Source: Orbicella franksi (lineage: Eukaryota). From it: a stretch of DNA of 64,000 nt. The stretch lies in assembly GCA_964199315.1 (NCBI GenBank), contig OZ116699.1, positions 38,192,001-38,256,000 on the forward strand, in the 5' to 3' direction. Under the pieces are notes generated by a model. That model was not told the origin of the DNA. It searched no databases and saw only the letters and a program-made list of their open reading frames with translations. Within the stretch, counting starts at the first letter, position 1, and every line of letters starts with the position of its first letter. Below are positions 41,014-50,800 of the stretch, in pieces. A program made the translations under genes and the position numbers.

Positions 41014-41061
<48 letters not shown>

Positions 41062-44000
41062 TCGTCATAAAGACTCGCTCAGTGAACTTTTTTCGAAATA
41101 TATTGTATAAAAGTTCCGACGAGTTCATTTTTTTTCCTTGAGATCTAGGAAAGTTCAAATTATACAGTTGTATAATTTATTTATTTCCATTAAAAATCGC
41201 AAATTTACAATTTACCTACCCGCATATAGCGTATAGGCTAATCGAGGCGGTCATTGCAATAAATAGATATATAAATAAATAAATAAATATATATATATCT
41301 ATTAATGGATAGATAAATAAATAAATAAATAAATAGATAGATAAAAAATAAATAATAATAACAATAGTCACAATAGTTAATGTAATAAGCTCACAATAGT
41401 AACAAGTACAATGAGTCGCACTAGTGATAAATAGGACTAATTGGATGAAAGGAATTGTGAAATCAATCACGCTAGATGGCCTATGAAAATAAAGCATGTT
41501 CAATAGCTCAGTACAGATCAGAAAGACTAGAACTTTGACACATTGGACTGGATACTTAGTCTAATGTAAGGACTTTTCAGCTAGCAAAAAACTTGAAAGA
41601 ATAGTCATCCGCTTTGTCTTGGGCAATAGCGCCCTGGCCTCCGGCCGCCATTTTATTGTCACGCCGCTTAAAAGCTTGTAAATTCAAATACACTCTATTA
41701 CAAAACGAAGGAAAACTGTCGAGCTACTACTTTGTTATACGTCAAGTTGTGAAAACGTGTGCCGCCTAAAAGATCATTTTCAGTCATGCAAATCAAACTC
41801 TCAAGAAAAGTTTTGCCCGAAGACTTGTTTGGAAAAAAGAGGCACAAGGTAACTCGGAATAGCCTATCTTCTAAACCTCGAGATAGCTCACACTTAAACA
41901 TCAGTGGCCTCGAACTTGGAAATCTTACTAATTTTAATATCGTTTTCGTACCACGACCGCCGGTTTTTTATGATTGATACCACAGTCCTCGAGAAATCGG
42001 TGTGAACAGACGATCGTGCAGAGGATAAATAGTAGTTCTACATTCAAAATTTGACCAACTTTGATGACTTTAAAGTTTATTGTTACTTCTTTCTTGGTTT
42101 AAAATCTCCGGTTATTATTTTTCTTTTCTCTTTTAAAAGGGGGGAATCAAACTTGCAGTTTGTAACAATGTTGCAATGCAAACACTATTCTGAAGATGTT
42201 CTAATTAATTTTCAGGGTTTTTTTTGTGATAACCCAATTCGCGCAAAATTTTCTGAAATTCTAACGAGTGGCTCTCAAGAAAAAGGCGCATTTCCCAGGA
42301 ATAAATATTCGCTCATTACTGCGCAAGCTGACAAAGCGAGAGACTCTCTAGTGTTATGTTACAGGATCGATTTTGATTGTTTTAAAAACAATGAAAGTTA
42401 AATCCCATGATAATCGCAAGTTAATGAGTTACAATGAGGTAACAAGAAATAGTAGACAAAATTAAGCCACGTGCTTCTTTTTTTACTAACTTAGTATCCA
42501 TGAGCTGCATTTAACTTTGAACGAAAATTTGCAAAATGATTGTAGTAAAGGCTAAAAACCTGCAACACACTGTATAATTTTAGGAAGAAAAGTAGTAGAT
42601 ATAAAATTGACATGTAAAACGATTGCTGTACCAGGGTCTGTTTGACAAAATAAAGGAAAATTCGAATTTTGGTTCCCTTCGTGGAATTTTTATATTTACA
42701 GACAGGCGCTCTTAACTTTTGCTTATTTAATCAAGTTGTTTTCTTTAATTTTTTTTGCATTCGACTTTCGATCTCAACTTTTAATTTTTAACTTACAAAA
42801 TCGTCTTTTCGTTTAGATTTTCTACTTCCAAGTCGATCTTCGAATTTTAATTAATGATTTTGGTGGCTTCGCCCGGCCTCCGTAATAAGCAGACAGATAA
42901 GCATTTCACTATGAAAATGTACTTTAATGTGATTCAAATGCATTCGTTTCTTGTAAAGGTTCTTGTGGCACTCGCTCGAAATCAAGAATCGTCGGCGGTG
43001 TCAATGCTACACATGGCGACTGGCCGTGGCAAGTTCAGTTACGTCGTTCCGCTGTCGGTTCCCCTTACTGTGGAGGCTCCTTGGTGTCAGATCAGTGGGT
43101 GGTCACAGCCACTCACTGTGTCAGAGGAAAACAGCCCAGCTCTATCATTGTGAGGTAAAATATTGATACCCAAAACGGTTGTGTCATATAATTTTTTCTT
43201 TTATAGCGGAGCTCTGGCTGCCCGAAGAGCCGCCAAGCGGAGCCTCATACTCATGTGGGAAAGAAATGAATGGATTTCCTCATGGTTGTCATGGCTAGCA
43301 GTATTGGTGGTGGGCGCGTACGACGGCGGCGAAGTTGCCCAACATGGCGGCCACACTCCAGCTATTAGGTTGACAGAGACATGCAACCTTGGTTTATGGC
43401 GTCCGTCTTTAATACTGGATATCCATGTTATGGTCAATTGACACTTGTAAATGGTATCCGCAGACCAGTTCACGTGACCATTTAGCGGGCTCAAGTTAAG
43501 AGCTCACTGAGGTCACGTTTTTTTTTAATAGTTAACAAAATAATTTTTTTTTTTCTTGTATACAAATGCTTTTCATTTCTTTCGTTTTGTGTGTTGTGAG
43601 ATTATTCAAACTCAGAACAGTAGGCCGAACAACGAGTTAGCCGACAAATTACTAAAACTACAAAATCGCGCCATTAGGGTTATCACCAGGTCTGATTACT
43701 ATTTATAGTGCTACCGCCCTCCGCGGTAGGCTAGCATGGGATAATCTCTATATCAGAAGGAGAAAGGAAAAATTGAAATTAATGTTTAAAACTTTCAATG
43801 ATCAGTCTCCGGAGTTCCTGAAAGGCCTATTTAAACCATTCAGCACGGACTATGGACTTAGAAATAGTGAAAACAAATTGGCTCTGCCTAAGCCCCGTAT
43901 TGATATTTTGAAACGTAGTTTCTGCTACAGTGGGGCACATTTGTGGAATAGCCTTCCATCTAACGTCAGAGCCATTAGATACGAGATAAATCGCCAACTG

Positions 44001-47000
44001 TCCTCCTCATACTCCCACACGGCAAACAAGTAAATCAGTTTTTTTTTTTTTTTTTTTTTTTTGATATATCTCAATCTTGTAACTGATGTTTTTACGGTGT
44101 CTAAATAAAGTGTGTATGTATGTATGTATGTATGTATGTATGTATGTATGTATGTACCTCACCGCAAAGTTACAAACGAAAAAACTCAAAATTCTCGCTT
44201 GTCCAGGGTTGGTTTAATCGGGCTTTGAACAACCCGGTCCAGGAGCTCTGCTGTTAAGTTTGGCTAAACCTATATATTAGCTTTTTGATTTTACTTGGCT
44301 GTCGATCGAGTTCACAGAGTATGCAACCTACTTCAAAAAACTCTTTGGCATTGTCAAAATATATACATGTTATTGGCCGGCTTAGGGTCGGTCCGTATAG
44401 AGAACAAATTTATATCGAACTACTTTATGTTAGTTGCATTTAGTTCATCAGTTAAGTTCTCCAAAAGTGTTTTTTCGGTGTGAAATTTTGTACGAAGTTT
44501 GAAGTTGTACTACAAAATCAATCTCCGTCCGTCGTTGCGAATCACTTGAAATCAGACTTTTCTACCGTATTAAAATTGAATAGCAGAAAGCGAGGAAATT
44601 CGCTAAGTGTATGCCACAGAAATGCTCTCAAATACAGCAAAGATCAGAGAGGTACGTACGCTCGATTGGAATTGACTTGTTTTCTACTTAAAATTGTACA
44701 GAGAGAGATAAATAGGATTACGCGCCATTACAGCGCCGAGCTGCAAACAACTTCAAAACGCTCAATTGAATTTACTTACGGTGACTTTCCTTGCATTTAA
44801 AAGTGAATAGAGATAAACTTGCTTTCATTAATCATCGATGAAAGTGTGAAACTGAAAAGGTAATAGATTCATGATTACCGCTAATTCGTTCACGATTATA
44901 GATCAACGCGACGGGTTTCGCCCGCTGTGGCGGGCTGGATGGGAAAATTCCGCCCGCTCCCGTAACCAATCAGATTGTAGGATTTGTAGAATTCCGCAAG
45001 CTCAAAAGCTGAGAAAAAAATAAATGCACATTATTACTACCATGTTATTACCATATTATTATTGCCTTCAGCCTTGTTTCCGTTACTCCGATAGGTGCAT
45101 ATTGTGTGTTTAAGAATTAAAAAATAACAATCAATCAATCAAACAAGGAATATGTATAGCCATAGGGGCATACGAGCACCTTCGGACTCGACTGATCGAT
45201 CGACAGCCAAGTAAAATCAGAAACCCATAAAAGAAAAAGTTATTTCTTTCTCGTAGGAGCTTGGAGAGAAATTTTAAAACGCCGCCACAGAGCCCCCGCG
45301 ACAGCAAAAGTCTTGGTATTCGTTCGTTTCATTTCTATTGTCCTTGATTTGTTGATGAGAATTTGGGAATGGAAACAATATCCATATTGTGGATTTCCAC
45401 GATACACATTTAACCCATATAAGGCTTTTGCAAAACAAAACACCTCGATTCTTCATATCATTTGACTTTAAGTCCGTTTTGGCAAGACAAACGTAAGACT
45501 GAGGCTACAAGCCTTGAAAATTATTGGAATGTTTTATTCCAAGTGCTGTTCCCTGAATCATGAGCGTTTTTCCCGGAAAATGTTTAGACAGACAGCGGTT
45601 GAAAGTGAATAGCATTTAAAAAGTGTGACTGGATTAGTTTTTCATGGTGAATAATCTGGCAATGTGCTTTGACGTCATCTTCTGTTTCGGTGAAACCTTC
45701 GGTTACAAACAAGGCAACAAGTCAAGGTTGAAGATACTAGAAAACAAAACACAGACGAACTGGAATGGGTACGTTTAAAGGACTCGTGTTACTAGCCTTT
45801 GCTTCGTTCTTTAACATTGTTGACATTATTTGTAAAAGTGCAAGCAATAAACTATGTGGACAACTGGAAAAAGTTCTGCGACAGGACAAGCGCCGATTCG
45901 ATAAGTTTTGGTTAGGACTGTTCCTGAAGGGGAATTTAGACTTACCACACTAAAGAAAGGCGAAAATGCCATGGACCGATAAATAAAGGACTAAAGGAAG
46001 CAAGCAAGCAAGCAGGCAGGCAAGGAATGGATCGATCGATCGATTTCTTTCTCTCTTTCTCTCTTTCTTTCTCTCTTCCTTCCTTCCTTACTTCCTTCAT
46101 TGAGTCGTCAGTCCATGGTCAGTTTTCGTTAGTGTGACAATACTTTGAAGTTACTGTGTCATCAGCTACATTTTAATTTCTTGATTATCGATTGATTATC
46201 TGTTTCTTCCTTTTAAGACTTGGCGCCCACAGACGTGTTAATCTTGTTGGTACTGAACAGGACATTCAAGTAAGCAAAGTGATCACTCATCCATCTTACA
46301 ACAATCCGCTGAGCTACAGTAACGATATCGCATTACTTAAACTGGCAAAACCAGCTCAATTAAACAGGTCAGTTATTGCTCTAAACTCTTTATTGTTATG
46401 ATTTTCAACTTTGTTACCGATACACTTACGTTTTACCGTCTAAAAGTCTCCGGAAAGGCCAGTTCAGGTTCTTAGAACCTAAGAAGACTAGTCACGATGT
46501 ATAATTTGGGTATAAGATAACGTTAACAGTGTTACCCATGTTATTTTTGGTGACATATTTTCATGTTCTTTAAAGTGTACCTATTTCCAAAACGTTTCGT
46601 CGGATTATAGTATCTCATCATGAGCAGTATTTCCGCTATTTCAAGTTATTTTTCTTAGGCCTTGACAGCTCAAAATATCGAGGTTCAATTGTATTGATCG
46701 TACTGTAAAAAATGTCTAATCATCTGACAATCGAACTTGGCTTGATGAACTGGTGACTCTTAAGTTTCACTACCTTGATCACTGACGCGTGGAGCCATAA
46801 CGAAGCTGTTTACGTTGTCTCGCTTCAACCACTGTACCGTTGCATTGCACAAAATCATCGCTTCATGTATGAGCAGATTAAAAATAATCACTAAGTCAGA
46901 CCAGACATAAATTACTTAGGTGATCCAGGCTCTCCTAGTCAATAAAGCTTGGTTTCTGAGGTCTCACTATACCTGATGAAACAAAACTTTGCAATGGAAT

Positions 47001-47813
47001 GGGTAAGAGGTCATACACTTTTTAAAGGGAAAGTTGAGCCGGTTTCGCAGGTAGCGAAATCTAGATGGAAATCTAGCCCTCCGTTATAATACATGAAGCT
47101 CAAAAAGTGAGCCTTTTGGTTGAAAACCACGACATCAATACAAATGATTTCAAGTTTCTTGTACACAGTCAGGAGAGCACTCTTGAGTAAAAATGATGAA
47201 ATATCATTGCGAGAAAGATCTTCGCAATTTATTTATGCATGCTAATTTATCAGTTGCAGAAACAAAGCTTGAAAAAAAAAATTTAGGACTGAATTGAATG
47301 TCAAGGCAACCCATGACCTCTGTGATTCTTCCAAGTGCAATGCCAACTGAGCTTTTGACTGAAGTCAGTTGTCTGGCTCAATAACAAAACGCAGTCTAGA
47401 CAAAAACACCTGAGCAATTTTCTTGATACTTTTAACATTTAAATTACTTTTTTGGCTTCGTAAGATTGTTCTGATGCAAGAAATGTAACTTCCATTTTTC
47501 TGATGCCACCCTTAGTTGAAGTCCCATGGGGTGGGCCAGAAAAGAATTATTTTCTGCCGTTCTAATTACTAACTATATATTGAGTCACTGGCCATTCACT
47601 GGAAAAGAAACTGTGAAGAAATTACCAAGTTTAAGGATAAAAACCCTTATATTGACCCTTCCCCACAAACTGGAAAGAGAAATTACACTTACTTAGGGCC
47701 ATAATTAACAACTCTGTAAATATCAATATAACGTTCTTACGAAAGTGAAGAATGATCATCGCAGTATATTTTCCAATTTAAGCAATTGGAAAGAAGAAGC
47801 CTGAAAAAAATCA

Positions 47814-47847
<34 letters not shown>

Positions 47848-50800
47848 GATACCGGTGCGATGCTCTACCAACTGAGCTATGAAGCCACACATTGGGAGCG
47901 AGGCCACTTAATTGAGTTCATATCTTCCCGTGAGGAGTGAAATGATGTGAAGTTTATATGAAATAATTCATATATGAACTGCGGTTGTAGATGAAAGTGA
48001 AGAATGATCATCGCAGTATATTTTCCAATTTAAGCAATTGGAAAGAAGAAGCCTGAAAAAAAAAAAAAAAAAAAAATCAGGGCTTCTAAGATGATCATTC
48101 TTCACTTTCATCTACAACCGCAGTTCATATATGAATTATTTCATATAAACTTCACATCATAACGTTCTTACATCACATGCAGTTTTGTAAACATAAATAG
48201 AATCATAGAGAGAGATATTTGCTTGAATAGACTTGAACGAAAAGCTACTATTCCCAAAAAACAACAACAACAACTCTGCAATGCCGAGCGACACTTCACA
48301 CGATTTTAGATTACATACTGAAACTGAGAAAAGCCTAACAACAGAAAACACTGTAGAAAATGCAAGAGATATGCCACTGAATTCATTTGGATTCATGTAA
48401 ACAAAAAGTTCAAAACATTGGATAAACTGACGAAAACTTAGACAAAGTGGTACTGACAACTACCAAAGAAAAAGCATAGAATTAAATTTTTCTCCGAAAA
48501 CAAACAGAAAAGAAAGACGAAACTGGAGCAAAATTCATACAATAACTGAGAAAATGACAGGTCTCTGATAGTTGGTATCAACTGATGTCATTTAACTATT
48601 GATGGACACTATTGATGTGCACTTTTGTGACCATTGATACACTGAATGAAATCAATAATTTGTTTTTGCTTTGCATGTCACATACCTTTGCCAGTTTGAA
48701 GTCCAGGAGGTTACCACATTATGAGAAAATATTTCTTGCCATGAGATATATATTTTCCACTAACTAAGTGTGATTACGTCATTAGTCACGTGACCATGTC
48801 TAAAAGTGCGTTTTATGTCAGTGTGAGGACAGGCATTGAATAATTGGAAAGCACTTCACATATTTGGAAGGGCAATCTTTTAGAACATTTAGAATTTGCC
48901 ACGAGACTTTCTGCTGTCTCATAGTTAAGCGGGCTATTCGCACGAGCGAAAAAAGTTGGGGACTTGGTGGAGGGCTATATCTTTTTTTTTTTTGCTATAA
49001 CGTAAAGCAACTGAAACTTGCGTGTTACTAAACATTTTTAGGAAGATACACTATTTGTAATCTCGTGGTTGTGACTTCATTGCTTCGTGATTAGAACGTG
49101 CGGAATTTTTCAGATGACTTTCAAAGTACATTACTCCACATTAATGAACGATTTTTTGTGTCAAGTTGTAGATTTTTAAATTCAGTTTTTGAAAAGAGCC
49201 ACTGATATTTCTTCTAAAAAGGCCCGAGGACGAAACTTGCAGTTGAAAAAAATAAATTTAGAGTGAATTACTCAACCGAAATAGGTGACAAAATATGATA
49301 ATCAAACCTACGAAAATAACATAGCAGCGCCGGTCTGACCTATGCTGCAAAAAACTAAAGCACGAACCCCTAAAGTAGAGCCTCTACAAATGAGTCCGGC
49401 TATTAGTGTCCGCGACATACTCAACAGGCACAACCAATGAATCAAAAGTAAAAGTTTGTGATTAACAGTACTGTTGAAGTCCAGCAGGTAACAGCCCAAT
49501 CTACTTGCATGCTTCAATACGTACGCACATCATGCAGTTAATTAGCATAAAGTACCTCTGACCTCAAAGAAACCTTAAAGGCATCTGATTTCCAACGACC
49601 AAGAGCACGGGTTTGCGCATCAAAATAGCCCTGTTCAGCAACATGACAGGCGCGCCCATACGAAAGCTATGGGTCTTGTACCGACTAGTCAGTGTCTAGA
49701 CCACAATAAGATAAGCCCTGCTGAAGTGCAACATTAAACTGGTGAACCGAAATTGAAGTCTAATCACCTTCGACAGACCACTCGACTTGCGAAGAAACCC
49801 ATCCATCAACATTATCTTGCCGACTGCCCATGAAACATTTGTCAACTTCTTAGAAGAAAGGCAATAAAAACGCTTCTAGGAAATCTATTTTGCCAATCTG
49901 ATTCCCGGCTAATCGTCAACTAGTAAACACCGTAAACACCTCGAAACGCGAAAAACAAAAAAATCCATTGCGTTGAGCTGACATACTCGGCGTCACGAAG
50001 AGAGCTCTGATTTGTGCGAGCACGTGTCAGGCTTTTCTGTGATTTTTTCTTTGCCCCAGGTTCTCGCAATTTCGCAAATTGCATCTTCCCTGGCTATGAA
50101 ACGGCACAGATATTGTGTTATATTGTGTTCCTCTGCTTCTTTTACAAGAGCTTCACATTACTCCATTCTAAATGCCACACTGTTGGAGATTAACAGCGTT
50201 TCCATAAAACAGCAAAAAAAAAAAAGGTTGGATATATTTGAATATAGCAGCGTTTCAGGACTTAAAAGTCTCCCTCCTCTTGCCACACGCTTGCGGGGAT
50301 TTGAGACGTTCCTGAAGTGACGTCATTGGGTGTGGCCGAAGCGGGAAATTCAAAGCTTGATTTCATGGCAAAAAAAGCATCGGAATTCATTTTTTCGGTT
50401 TGAATACATTTTTAGATGTTATAGAGATATCAAAACCACAAAAACGCTGTAGGCCGTACGGACACTTTAAGAAACTCGCATATTAACTCGATACCAGAGT
50501 AGCGGGTTTTCTTACATAAGCTACATTCTTAAGTCAGAACAAACGCAAAAGTTCACGCGTACAATTGGCGCGAGCATACATTATTCATTCACAGCGCGAA
50601 ATCGAAGTCTTGTTTTCGACCCTGAAAAACTCACCTTTTCCATTAGCTCAGAGCATAAAACTACAAATAAGCTTGTGGAGGTAACGTGGCCGAATGGTTA
50701 GTGCACCGAACTAGAAATCCGGAGATCGCCGGTTCAATTTCCGCTCTGACCACTAAGTTGGAGTTGTTTCTCGGTAGACCCTAGTTCAACTCATCGGTCA

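Noticed and set aside
44284-45220. 24-bp inverted pair TCGATCGACAGCCAAGTAAAATCA as transposon TIRs
   Set aside because: The match is real, but there is no TSD or defined termini, so it could not be called as an element.
47815-47886. Genuine tRNA-Thr(GGT) gene (likewise 53577-53648)
   Set aside because: C at position 33, a mismatched anticodon stem, and embedding in a TSD-flanked repeat unit. Treated as SINE-like.
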